NCBI GenBank assembly: GCA_043813585.1
Contig: JBDRKW010000018.1
Coordinates: forward strand, 3,352-67,351
From: Candidatus Kerfeldbacteria bacterium
GTDB taxonomy: Bacteria > Patescibacteriota > Patescibacteriia > UBA9570 > XYC2-FULL-38-9
DNA length: 64,000 nucleotides
Reading direction: 5' to 3'
Part shown: piece by piece, positions 37,494-46,538 of the stretch
Layout of the letters: every line of letters starts with the position of its first letter
Numbering within the stretch: the first letter of the stretch is position 1
Program-made: the position numbers and the translations under genes
Notes under the pieces: generated by a model
Told to the model about the DNA's origin: nothing
Databases searched by the model: none
Seen by the model: the letters and a program-made list of their open reading frames with translations, nothing else

Positions 37494-38239
37494 AAGTTAC
37501 ATTACTCGGAACAGGGACATTCAGGCCGGACACGGAACATGGGTCAGCCGGTATGACCGTGCAAACCGAAACGACAGCCATCCAGCTCGACATGGGCCGC
37601 GGGAACCTAATGAACATGGCACGCGCCGGCATTGACTGGAAAACGCTACAGGCAGTTTATATCACCCATGTCCATCCGGACCACATCAGCGACATTATGC
37701 AGTACCTCCAGGCCTATACCCTGCTGTATGAAACAGGCGAGGTCACAACCGACCTTCAGATTTTCGGTCCGCGCGATTTTAAAGCGTTCTTTGACCATCT
37801 TCGGCGGGTCATTATCACGCATTGGACCAAAATACCGCAGGTAACAGACCTTATTGATGAGACAGTGGCGGTTGGTGATATGTCCGTGACCGCGTTCCCG
37901 ATGACGCATACGGTAGAAGCGAACGGGTATCGCGTAGAAGCAGGCGGCCAGGTGCTGGCATATACAGGGGACACCGGTATGAATGAGAATCTGGTCAAAC
38001 TCGCGCATAATGCGGACGTTCTTATCACAGAATGCGCCAATACAAACCATATTATTGTGGAAGGACACCTCTCTCCGAAGCAAATTGCACAGGTAGCAAC
38101 CGACGCAAACGTGAAAAAAGTCGTGCTGACGCACTACCCGCCAAAGGAAGAAGAACGGCAAAAACGGGCTGAACAGGTGCGCCAGGCATTTGACGGCGAG
38201 GTGATTGCAGGGCAAGATACACTAGTAATCGAACTATAA
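37490..38239 (+). CDS. MBL-fold metallo-hydrolase
   Basis: HVHPDH metal-binding motif; ATGA overlap with nfo. Confidence 0.65.
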   Translation: MKVTLLGTGTFRPDTEHGSAGMTVQTETTAIQLDMGRGNLMNMARAGIDWKTLQAVYITHVHPDHISDIMQYLQAYTLLYETGEVTTDLQIFGPRDFKAFFDHLRRVIITHWTKIPQVTDLIDETVAVGDMSVTAFPMTHTVEANGYRVEAGGQVLAYTGDTGMNENLVKLAHNADVLITECANTNHIIVEGHLSPKQIAQVATDANVKKVVLTHYPPKEEERQKRAEQVRQAFDGEVIAGQDTLVIEL

Positions 38240-39045
38240 TGCCAAAATCAACCAAAATACCGCCATTTAAAGAATTCGCCATCGGCGTCTGTATGCGTTC
38301 GGGAACCATCCTGATGCGCAACTTTGCCGATGCAACGCGGCGCACGCCAACCAAGAAAAACCGTTTTGAGCTGGTGACGAAGTCGGACATGGAAGTGCAC
38401 CGGTTTGTTTCGTTCAAGATCAAGCAGCAGTTTCCCGACCATAACTTCGTGAGCGAGGAAGGCGACCTGATCGACCGCGGTTCGCAGTACACCTGGGTGG
38501 TGGATCCGCTTGACGGGACGCTAAACTACACCGTTTCCAATCCGTTCTTTGCCACGTCGCTGATATTGCTTGACGGCGAGACGCCGATCATCGGCGTCAT
38601 CTACGCGCCGTTCAGCCAGGAGATGTTTGTAGCGGAAAAAGGACGTTCCGCACGGCTGAATGAACGCAACATTAAAGTATCGCAGGTGAAGAAGCTGCGA
38701 AACTCCGTCTTGTCATTCGCCTATTTCCAGCGCGACAAGAAATCACGTGAACGGCTGATGAAAGTATGGGGCACGTTCGAGGAAAACAGCAGGGCCATGC
38801 GGCATTTCGGCTGCACCTCGCTGGAGTTGGCGTATGTCGCCTGCGGACGCATGGAAGCACAGATTATCTCCCCGCCGCTGCGGCTGTGGGATGTTTCTGC
38901 CGGCATGCTCATGGTGGAAGTGGCCGGCGGCAAGATCACTGATTTTGAAGGGAAGAAATGGGGCGGCCTGGATGACGGGTTGGTTGCATCGAACGGACTG
39001 GTTCACAGCCAGATACTTAGCCTGCTCAAGAAAGCAAAGACATAA
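38239..39045 (+). CDS. inositol monophosphatase family protein
   Basis: WVVDPLDGT metal-binding motif and SEEGD segment; 268 aa. Confidence 0.75.
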   Translation: MPKSTKIPPFKEFAIGVCMRSGTILMRNFADATRRTPTKKNRFELVTKSDMEVHRFVSFKIKQQFPDHNFVSEEGDLIDRGSQYTWVVDPLDGTLNYTVSNPFFATSLILLDGETPIIGVIYAPFSQEMFVAEKGRSARLNERNIKVSQVKKLRNSVLSFAYFQRDKKSRERLMKVWGTFEENSRAMRHFGCTSLELAYVACGRMEAQIISPPLRLWDVSAGMLMVEVAGGKITDFEGKKWGGLDDGLVASNGLVHSQILSLLKKAKT

Positions 39046-39065
39046 CGCCCATTACACGATAATAA

Positions 39066-39096
39066 CAAAAACGCCGGATCAGTCCGGCGTTTTTTT
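39066..39096. terminator. bidirectional terminator
   Basis: CGCCGGA-TCAG-TCCGGCG with an A-run before and a T-run after. Confidence 0.6.
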
Positions 39097-39178
39097 GTGC
39101 CCAGGGTGGGACTCGAACCCACATGAGTAGAACTCGCGACATTTTAAGTGTCGTGCGTATACCATTTCGCCACCCGGG
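39097..39178 (-). tRNA. tRNA-Leu (anticodon TAA)
   Basis: Perfect anticodon stem CGACA/TGTCG with loop CTTAAAA, long variable arm, GGTTCGAGTCC T-arm. Confidence 0.75.
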
Positions 39179-39240
39179 CTGAAACAAAATGGGCTTTTCA
39201 GCCCATGCAGTATAGTGAGAGCGGTAATAAAAATCAATAC

Positions 39241-40326
39241 CTACTGCGATGGCGTCGGTACGGAGGCCGGTATAATATAAATATTATTTTGCAGTGTTAA
39301 AGGGTATGCGGTGAAGTGGATATTATCCAGGCCCGGGCTGCGGGTATTTTCGATGTGCTCCAGCCAGGCGTAGTAGGTCGTTCCCTCAAGCATAATGCTC
39401 GGTTCAAGGAAGTTCCAGCCGCTGTCTCTCATGAGTGGATTGCGCTCATCAACCGCCCAACGCACGCCGTCATCGCTGTATGCCCGGCCAATGGCTGAAT
39501 CACCGTTGTCGTTGACGCCGTGGAACCACAATTCATAGAGTTTGTTGCGCTGAACGACCACCACTGACGGGCCGCCGACAGAGGCGCTGTTCCATTCCTG
39601 CCCGCCAGTGAACACCGGATTGTTGTCATATTTCGTCCAGTGTATTCCGTCGCTGCTTGTCGCATACCCAATTGATGAGGAAGCCTTATCGCCGCTCTTG
39701 TCCATGGACCAGCCAGTATACCACATTTTATAGGTCGTTCCGTCTTTCACCACAAACGGCTGGCCGATCGAATGGTTGTCCCAGGAAGTACCATCACCAA
39801 ATTCCAGCACCGGGTTTGTTGAATTTTTCGTCCAGCGCAGGCCGTCGATGCTGGTTGCATACCCGATGCGTTCCCGTTTCGGGTCGTCAAATTCGCGCGC
39901 CGAATACCACATGCGGTACAGGTTTCCTTCCTTGATGACGCTCACGCTCGTGAAGCCGCCGGTGTCCCACAGTTTTTCCGTTTTGCCGGTGGGGTTGATG
40001 AATAGGTTGTTCAGAAGCGGGTCCGGGCGGGACAGGAAGTCCCAGTTCACGCCGTCCGCGCTGGTGGCATAGCCGATGCCGCTGCGCTCGATAATGCCGT
40101 TGCCCACGTACCACATCTTAAACAGTCGGTCTTCCTGGTCGAAGAGAACGGTCGGGCCCGTAACCTTTTCCGCGTTCCATTGTGTCGGCTCGCCAACAGA
40201 AACACTGGCGCGGGTCTGATAACTTGTTTCCGAGTCGCCATAGACATTAAACACGTCAAAAATGAGCAGCAACGCGCCGATGCCCAGTAATACCACAATT
40301 ATCAATATGACGCCCAGTCTTCCCAT
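39241..40326 (-). CDS. membrane-anchored BNR/Asp-box repeat beta-propeller protein (glycosidase-like)
   Basis: N-terminal TM helix. Five repeats of the GYATSxDGxxW type (TSADGVNW, TSIDGLRW, TSSDGIHW, SDDGVRW...). Confidence 0.55.
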   Translation of the reverse strand: MGRLGVILIIVVLLGIGALLLIFDVFNVYGDSETSYQTRASVSVGEPTQWNAEKVTGPTVLFDQEDRLFKMWYVGNGIIERSGIGYATSADGVNWDFLSRPDPLLNNLFINPTGKTEKLWDTGGFTSVSVIKEGNLYRMWYSAREFDDPKRERIGYATSIDGLRWTKNSTNPVLEFGDGTSWDNHSIGQPFVVKDGTTYKMWYTGWSMDKSGDKASSSIGYATSSDGIHWTKYDNNPVFTGGQEWNSASVGGPSVVVVQRNKLYELWFHGVNDNGDSAIGRAYSDDGVRWAVDERNPLMRDSGWNFLEPSIMLEGTTYYAWLEHIENTRSPGLDNIHFTAYPLTLQNNIYIIPASVPTPSQ

Positions 40327-40359
40327 ACAGGAATTAGTATATCAGTAACTTTAGTGCCA

Positions 40360-40395
40360 GACAATATCAAAAAACAACCCCCTCAGGGGTTGTGT
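40360..40395 (-). terminator. terminator
   Basis: AACCCCTGAGGGGGTT hairpin with a T-run on the minus strand. Confidence 0.5.
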
Positions 40396-40401
40396 TTTTT
40401 T

Positions 40402-40515
40402 TGGAGCGGGCAGCGGGAATCGAGTTCCTGGGTTGGCGGCAGCGTGCCACTGGCACCCAGCCGATCGTTCGCTGCGCTCTTCGAGCTGGCTCACTTCCAA
40501 CCCGTTCAATTCCCG
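40402..40515. repeat. about 110-bp element: partial copy of tRNA-Gly 3' end plus conserved about 90-nt module (copy 1)
   Basis: TGGAGCGGGCAGCGGGAATCGA at 40402-40423 repeats 40572-40593 exactly. The next 90 nt are about 80% identical to 47923-48012. Confidence 0.55.
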
Positions 40516-40524
40516 CAACCCTCT

Positions 40525-40560
40525 CATTCAAAGAAAAAAGCCCCCATCTGGCGATGGGAA
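40525..40560 (-). terminator. terminator after tRNA-Gly
   Basis: CCCATC-GCCA-GATGGG, then GGCTTTTTTC on the minus strand. Confidence 0.5.
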
Positions 40561-40571
40561 CTTTTTCCTTC

Positions 40572-40646
40572 TGGAGCGGGCAGCGGGAATCGAACCCGCA
40601 TTATCTGATTGGCAACCAGATGTAATAGCCTTTATACGATGCCCGC
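40572..40646 (-). tRNA. tRNA-Gly (anticodon GCC), CCA encoded
   Basis: GCGGGCATCGTATAA..., loop TTGCCAA, GGTTCGATTCC T-arm, genomically encoded CCA. Confidence 0.8.
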
Positions 40647-40701
40647 GAAATGCCCAAACATGATAACCGAATCGAAAAAATTCTTCAAGTGGGCAGGCGT
40701 G

Positions 40702-40773
40702 AGGCGTGGATGGGAGTCGAACCCACATATAACCGCTCTGCAGGCGGTCGCATAACCATTTTGCTACCACGCC
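40702..40773 (-). tRNA. tRNA-Cys (anticodon GCA)
   Basis: Acceptor GGCGTGG/CCACGCC; perfect anticodon stem ACCGC/GCGGT with loop CTGCAGA; TTCGACT T-loop. TTGATT-17-TACGAT promoter upstream. Confidence 0.7.
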
Positions 40774-40826
40774 AAGGCGCAATGATCGTACCAAATCGCG
40801 CCCGATGAATCAAGGCGCCCGCCGCC

Positions 40827-41429
40827 CTATACTGACGGAGAAGCCTCTAAAATTTCAATGGTGGTTACCGGCGCGCCAAATGACTTGCTATTTGGCGAAT
40901 ACTCTTGCCAAATGTCGATGATATAGCATGATTTGCGCGGGTGCAGCCGATCTTCCACTGTAAAGATTTTATTTCCGTACAATTCGGGCATGCGGAGCTT
41001 GGTACCAAACGGCAGACAGTTCGCTGCCACAATACCGTCGCGCACGCGTGAACCGCTGGCAGTCGTAAACGGGTCGCCGTCGGTCTGCCACGGCACGGAA
41101 TTATACACCGTCACCTGCGACTGGTAGGTCCGTACTGCGGCCGGTTGCGGCATTAGTTCGATCTCCGGCAATCGCGGCTCGGAAACCTCGGCTGACACAG
41201 CTGCCGCATCGCCACTAATAACATGTTCATGCGCTTTATCGTTCGCCTGCAGAACCTCCATAATATTGCTGGTCTGCGACATGGTCGGAAATGGAGCAAG
41301 AATATTGTAAAGAATGGCTCCGACAAGCAGCGCCAAACCCGGCTGGAAACGGCGCGTTTTTACCAGTTGTTTTGCCCTGTATTTTGCAGCCACAGACATG
41401 GCTGAAATATAAATTGGGAGTGATTTCAT
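40827..41429 (-). CDS. 3D-domain protein (MltA-like fold, cell-wall associated)
   Basis: N-terminal signal anchor. C-terminal TDGDPFTTASGSRVRDGIVAANCLPFGTKLRMPELYGNKIFTVEDR matches the 3D-domain pattern. Confidence 0.55.
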   Translation of the reverse strand: MKSLPIYISAMSVAAKYRAKQLVKTRRFQPGLALLVGAILYNILAPFPTMSQTSNIMEVLQANDKAHEHVISGDAAAVSAEVSEPRLPEIELMPQPAAVRTYQSQVTVYNSVPWQTDGDPFTTASGSRVRDGIVAANCLPFGTKLRMPELYGNKIFTVEDRLHPRKSCYIIDIWQEYSPNSKSFGAPVTTIEILEASPSV

Positions 41430-41528
41430 AGTGTGTTTTCAATCAAAAACTTCACCACAGTAGGGGTGAAGTCCGGGCGGTAGTATACACTACCTGCAGA
41501 ATTAGTCAATGCTTAAAAGGGGCGCATT

Positions 41529-42305
41529 TTAAAGTGGATTTTCGGCGTCAAGCCAGAGGGTATTTAAACCCCATTTTTCGGCCTCTTTTTGCACTGCACG
41601 CACGCCAAACGCTTCGGAATGATAATGCCCGCCGGCAATGAAATGGATGCCTGCCTCACGGAACAGGTCGCGATTCCATTCCCGCGCTTCGCCGGTAATA
41701 AACAGGTCAATACCCTTGTCCATGAGCTCATCCATGCCGGAACTGTACGGTGCGCCTGCGCCTGTGGCCACAACAATGCGTTTGACTTCATCAGGACCAT
41801 CATCATAGACGACCGTGCGTTCACTGAAATGCGGTTTAAGTGTTGCGACCACAGATTCCAATGTTGAACCATTTTGTAGTTCACCAACAGAACCCCATGG
41901 CGCGCCGTCCGACAGGTATGCTTCGGTGCGCCGGCCGTCCAGCAGTTTGATAATCTGCGCCGGATGCCCCAGCTCCGGATGCGCGTCCAGGAGAAAATGA
42001 GACGACCAGAGCGTGATGTCGTTCTTGATCAGGTACGCCAGCCGTTCGTAGGAGAGCCGGTCCAGGTTCGGCGCCTGCATGTTGATGCCGTGATGCACCA
42101 CGATCGCATCGCAACCTGCCTTCTTCGCCATTTCAAACAGCTTCATGTTTGCAGAAACGCCAAAACCGATTGTTTGTATCTCATCTTTACCGCGGGACTG
42201 GAGGCCGTTAGAAAGACTGTCCTGTGCAACAAAAGAAGCCAACTCATCTGTGAGCAACAAAGCTTTCATTTTGTCATTGAATTCCTCGAGTGATAGTGAT
42301 TTCAT
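41529..42305 (-). CDS. Nif3-like dinuclear metal centre protein
   Basis: AIVVHHG ... GGHYHSE His-rich motifs of the NIF3/YqfO family. Confidence 0.75.
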   Translation of the reverse strand: MKSLSLEEFNDKMKALLLTDELASFVAQDSLSNGLQSRGKDEIQTIGFGVSANMKLFEMAKKAGCDAIVVHHGINMQAPNLDRLSYERLAYLIKNDITLWSSHFLLDAHPELGHPAQIIKLLDGRRTEAYLSDGAPWGSVGELQNGSTLESVVATLKPHFSERTVVYDDGPDEVKRIVVATGAGAPYSSGMDELMDKGIDLFITGEAREWNRDLFREAGIHFIAGGHYHSEAFGVRAVQKEAEKWGLNTLWLDAENPL

Positions 42306-42310
42306 GCGAT

Positions 42311-43081
42311 TTATTGATACTGACCCCAGGTGACTATGTTTGGCTCTACTCCCCCTAAAGCTCCGATAAATTCGTCAGGAGTCGGGTTTGTCCGAACCTG
42401 GCATTCTTCAAACGCATCAAAATTATAGTAATGGTTCTCCTGGAGACCGATGTCATTAATATCAACACCGTCAATATGCCATTCAGGAAAGTCGGCCGGC
42501 GGTTCGTTCGTATAAAACATCGTCACCGGGATTTTTGTGTTGAAGTCATAGACGATAAAACCCGCAACATCGCCAATTTTCCCGCCTGTTGATTCAGGGT
42601 CCTCATTCAGGTATGTACGCTCACCGGTTTGCAGGTCAATGACAGTTGCCCGTTGATCCCAAGGCACTGATGCAAGTGCCGGCATCGTGTCTGGCGGCCA
42701 TGTTTGCTGATCGACGAGGAATAGTTCCCATGCGCGAGTATAGTCGCCGAACCGGCCATCTGTTTCATCTGGATTGGCTGCAACTTCCGGCGGATAGACA
42801 GCAAACCTATTGCCATCGATCTCGACGACAGGGAGGGGTTCAACAATTGGATATTGTGAGATATATGCTGAACCGACAAAATCCGTTTGTTGTTGGCAAT
42901 CATGGGTAACAAAGAGGGGTATTCCCGGTTCACCGGCTTGGTCATCTGCAGTTACCGTATCATCCGGAGCCGTTGCAGAAGTATCCTTCTCTTTGTCGGG
43001 ACATTCCATGATTTGGCCCATAAAAACAATCACAGCGCCGATTAAGAGGATTGAGCGTAATAATGAAGATGTAATGCGCAT
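42311..43081 (-). CDS. secreted/membrane-anchored hypothetical protein
   Basis: Start at internal ATG (MRITSSLLRSILLIGAVIVFMG signal anchor). No domain recognised. Confidence 0.45.
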   Translation of the reverse strand: MRITSSLLRSILLIGAVIVFMGQIMECPDKEKDTSATAPDDTVTADDQAGEPGIPLFVTHDCQQQTDFVGSAYISQYPIVEPLPVVEIDGNRFAVYPPEVAANPDETDGRFGDYTRAWELFLVDQQTWPPDTMPALASVPWDQRATVIDLQTGERTYLNEDPESTGGKIGDVAGFIVYDFNTKIPVTMFYTNEPPADFPEWHIDGVDINDIGLQENHYYNFDAFEECQVRTNPTPDEFIGALGGVEPNIVTWGQYQ

Positions 43082-43200
43082 AGTATGTATTAATTGCCTA
43101 TTATTGGCGAAGTGACGCCTTATGATTAAATAATATAATGTTCTGAGCATTATGTATACGCAGGTAAAAAAAGAGCCCGGAACCGTACGTTGCGAGCCAG

Positions 43201-44529
43201 TCAGTCCGTCTGGGACAGGCTGTAGTCGCCGAGCACCCGCTCGAAGATCTCATCTCGATGGGTGACGTAGGTTTCGGGGTTGAAGATCTCCTCCACCAGA
43301 TCCTCAGGAAGCGCCAGGACGCGGTCGTCCTTGAAGAGCTCGCCGCGGAAGTTGAGGGTCGGGTTATCCCAGACCGCCAGAGCAGCAGGCTGCACCGCGG
43401 CGTAGGCCTCTTCGCGCGACAGGCCGCTCTCGATGAGCGCGAGCATGATGCGCTGGCTGGCCCACAGGTCGTTCGAGCTATGGAGGTTCTCGAGCATCCG
43501 ATTGGGCCGCACCACCAGCCGGTCCATCAGGCTGTTGAACCTCCGCAGGGTGAAGTGCAGGAGGTTGCAGGCATCCGGCAGAATCACGCGCTCGACGGAC
43601 GAGTGGCTGATGTCCCGCTCGTGCCAGAGCGCGATGTTCTCCATAGCCGCGATGGAGTAGGAGCGCAGCAGCCGCGCCGCGCCGGTGACGTTCTCCGTCA
43701 GGATGGGGTTCTTCTTGTGCGGCATTGCACTCGAACCCTTCTGTCCCTTGCCGAACGGCTCCATGGCCTCGCTGACTTCGGTGCGCTGCAGGTGGCGGAT
43801 CTCCACCGCATACCGCTCCAGGCAGGAGCCAAGGAGCGCCAGCGCCGTGATGAACGCGGCGTGCCGGTCTCGGCTGATCACCTGGGTGGTTACCGAGGCG
43901 ACGCCGATGCCGAGCCGGTTGCACACGTGGATCTCCACCATCGGGTCGACGGTGGAGTAGGTGCCCACCGCGCCGCTGATCGCGCCGACCGCGGCGTCGT
44001 GGATCGCCATCTCCAGCCGGAACTTGCACCGTACGAGCTCGTCGTACCAGCCGAGCAGCTTGAGCCCGAAGGTCGTGGGCTCGGCGTGGATACCGTGGGT
44101 GCGCCCAATACAGATGTCGTCCTTGTGCTCGAGCGCCCGCCGGCGCACGGTCTCGATGACCGTATCCAGCATCTCCATGATCAGCTCGCCGGCTTCGGCG
44201 ATCTGCTTGCCCGTGCCCGTGTCGAGTACGTCGGAGCTGGTCATGCCCTTGTGCAGGTGACGGCCCGGCTCGCCCGCGAGTTCATTCACCACCTGCTGGA
44301 ACGCCACCACGTCGTGGTGCAGCGTCTTCTCGTAGGTGGCGGCCATCTGCAGCATGCCCGTGGTGACCCGGGGGACCTTCGCGCGCACGTGCGCCGCCGT
44401 GCCGGGCGGGACCGTGCCGAGCTCCTCCATGGCTTCGGTCGCGAAGATCCAGGTGTCCAGGATACGCTGCCAGCGGTTCTCCTCGCACCAGACCTTCATC
44501 ATCTCCGGGGTAGAGTACCTGGTAATCAT
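43201..44529 (-). CDS. purB: adenylosuccinate lyase
   Basis: Fumarate-lyase family with signature GSSAMPHKKNP; 442 aa. GC above 60%. Confidence 0.85.
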   Translation of the reverse strand: MITRYSTPEMMKVWCEENRWQRILDTWIFATEAMEELGTVPPGTAAHVRAKVPRVTTGMLQMAATYEKTLHHDVVAFQQVVNELAGEPGRHLHKGMTSSDVLDTGTGKQIAEAGELIMEMLDTVIETVRRRALEHKDDICIGRTHGIHAEPTTFGLKLLGWYDELVRCKFRLEMAIHDAAVGAISGAVGTYSTVDPMVEIHVCNRLGIGVASVTTQVISRDRHAAFITALALLGSCLERYAVEIRHLQRTEVSEAMEPFGKGQKGSSAMPHKKNPILTENVTGAARLLRSYSIAAMENIALWHERDISHSSVERVILPDACNLLHFTLRRFNSLMDRLVVRPNRMLENLHSSNDLWASQRIMLALIESGLSREEAYAAVQPAALAVWDNPTLNFRGELFKDDRVLALPEDLVEEIFNPETYVTHRDEIFERVLGDYSLSQTD

Positions 44530-44662
44530 TGGTTTCCTCCTCGTTTTCCCTGGTTTCCCAGTTTGTTTTCAAGTTGCCAACGTACCTTACCAAAGCGCCG
44601 CGTTTTTGCAACTGAAAAAACCGCTTAAACAGCGGGCACAGCGCAGATTAGCGATATTCTAA

Positions 44663-46381
44663 CTACTTCTTGCTTTTTATTTCTTCGGAATAGAGTTCAT
44701 CCAGGATTTCATCGGCATACTGTATAAACAATTCACGTTCCCGCTCAAGCGTTTGATGGATGCCTTCCTGGCCGACGTCGTTCTCCTTGTACATCTCTTT
44801 CAGGTCCACTTCCCTATGCAATCCATCTTCTATTAACCCCGCCCGTTCCCGGAATGCATCAAACGCTTCATTTGGCGTTTGTTGTTCGTAGTAGATTATT
44901 TTAGACGGCCTCTTTCCGGTTCGGTCAAAGTATGATTCCCAATATTCGCGTGACGTCACGGTTTTCTCAGCTAGCTTATTTGTCATGCCCAGTCCCCTCA
45001 TAACGTTCGCAAAATGAAAATCATCAAATTCGCCATGAGTTGAAAAAGGTACATCATGAAGCGTCTGGTTGAAAAAATCATTGAGTGCATTAAAGGCGGG
45101 AGACCTTGTATCCATTACTGCGTCGCGGAACCTTGGGTCAGTTACCCCATGTTTCTCGGCAAGTTTTAATAGTGGGTCAACTGCTGATTGCGCCTCGCGC
45201 AATGACAACTCCGCTTCCTTCAGGGCGGTTTCTGCATCCTCCGTGCTATAAGAATCAGAGCCATATCGTTCAATCATTTCACTCAAGTTTTGTTTTGAAT
45301 CCAGTACAGCGCGAGAGTTGCTGTAGAGATCATTAATCGCAGAACCCATGCCACCCCAAAGTGCTTTTGTTTCAGGCGCCTGAATGAGGCGTTTCAAAGC
45401 TTCAAGCTGGTCGGTATTTGGAACCGGTTGTCCATCCGCATCAACCATATACCGCGAGCCGGTTTCCGGATCTACCGGTGTGTTTTCGGGGAGGAAGGTG
45501 ATGGCGGAATCAACCGGCAGGTCGCCGGACTTTTTTTCTTTTGAAAGCAGCCAAAAATCATTGTACTGGGAACTTTCTATTACTTCATTTGGTCCAAATC
45601 GTTCAGGAATATTGAACTTCTGTGAACCGATGCTGTAATTTGCCGCGATATAGGCAACCGGATAGACAAAGAAGATTTCATTATTTCGTTCACCTCCATA
45701 GTATGCATCCGCAACAGTATCAAGCGCGACATGCACTGCTTTTTGGTCGGCAAACTCTGAAGAGGCTGATGCAACTTCAGATGTTGTGAGGAAGTCCACT
45801 ACGCGACTGGCAGCAGCGCCTCGAGTCTTATGATATTTTTTTACTTCCAATATTTTTTCAATCACTTCACGGACAGTATCTTTTGTAACACCGTCCAATA
45901 AATACTGCTCCAATATCGATCGGACGGAGCCGTTTTCCATCACGCCCTCAAACCCGCGGTTGAATTCACCATAACCGCCTGTATGGTGGGAGATATTATC
46001 ACGGATGCCTTGGCGGGTGATATGCGTTACGAACCGCGGCGGTACCTTGCGCAACAACTCAACATATTCGTCCAACGAGAGCTCCGACAGGTTTTCTGTT
46101 GTGAACTGTTCATCGATCTCTTCTTTTGAAAGTGGCAGCTCTTTATAATCTTTTTCAACGTCACTATAAAATTTCTCTAACACCTTCTGCGGAGGGAGAT
46201 ACATCCGCCGGTATTCTTCTGCGGCCTCCGGGTCTGTCGCTTCAAGTTCCCGAGCCGTGCGGCGAAATTCAAGAAGCCACGCTGCCTCTTCGCGCCGTTT
46301 TTCTGCCCATTCAGGAACATGCTGTGAATATTCACGCAAATCCTTCTTTTTGGGTTTTCGTTCGAATATCGGTACAACCAT
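44663..46381 (-). CDS. large hypothetical cytoplasmic protein (572 aa)
   Basis: Start taken at ATG (MVVPIFERKPKKKD), 7 nt after a TTGCCT-17-TACTAT promoter, so leaderless; the listed ORF begins at an upstream TTG. No known domain. Confidence 0.5.
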   Translation of the reverse strand: MVVPIFERKPKKKDLREYSQHVPEWAEKRREEAAWLLEFRRTARELEATDPEAAEEYRRMYLPPQKVLEKFYSDVEKDYKELPLSKEEIDEQFTTENLSELSLDEYVELLRKVPPRFVTHITRQGIRDNISHHTGGYGEFNRGFEGVMENGSVRSILEQYLLDGVTKDTVREVIEKILEVKKYHKTRGAAASRVVDFLTTSEVASASSEFADQKAVHVALDTVADAYYGGERNNEIFFVYPVAYIAANYSIGSQKFNIPERFGPNEVIESSQYNDFWLLSKEKKSGDLPVDSAITFLPENTPVDPETGSRYMVDADGQPVPNTDQLEALKRLIQAPETKALWGGMGSAINDLYSNSRAVLDSKQNLSEMIERYGSDSYSTEDAETALKEAELSLREAQSAVDPLLKLAEKHGVTDPRFRDAVMDTRSPAFNALNDFFNQTLHDVPFSTHGEFDDFHFANVMRGLGMTNKLAEKTVTSREYWESYFDRTGKRPSKIIYYEQQTPNEAFDAFRERAGLIEDGLHREVDLKEMYKENDVGQEGIHQTLERERELFIQYADEILDELYSEEIKSKK

Positions 46382-46403
46382 GGTTAGCATAGTATCGGAA
46401 CCA

Positions 46404-46432
46404 TTGACAAAAGGCAACAACCGTGCTACATT
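46404..46432 (+). promoter_or_regulatory. promoter TTGACA -17- TACATT for the DEAD-box helicase, with about 105-nt structured 5'UTR
   Basis: Consensus -35. The leader contains CGTACG...CGTAC hairpins. Overlaps the divergent promoter of the 572-aa gene. Confidence 0.5.
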
Positions 46433-46538
46433 ACTCTGCAGTTTTCATAACGCCATCAGTTGCGTACGTGCTCCCTATCGAATCGTACAGTAAGTGTTGT
46501 CGGTACGGGAACACTTTACTAAATGAGTACAACGAAAA

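Noticed and set aside
40402-40515. Reading the tRNA-Gly-associated module as an intact long-arm tRNA (Ser/Leu/Sec) on the minus strand
   Set aside because: Although it ends in ...CCCGCTGCCCGCTCCA and has a TGAACGG D-loop-like segment, no consistent T-stem or acceptor pairing can be built. Better explained as a 3'-end duplication plus foreign arm.
40354-40794. Several 60-90-aa ORFs covering the tRNA-Gly/tRNA-Cys region
   Set aside because: They run through hand-folded tRNA genes and terminator hairpins. No coding signal.
43258-44628. 456-aa + strand ORF fully antisense to purB
   Set aside because: Arg/His/Val-rich low-complexity translation typical of the shadow frame of a high-GC gene. No RBS or promoter. 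The purB frame on the opposite strand has clear fumarate-lyase motifs.
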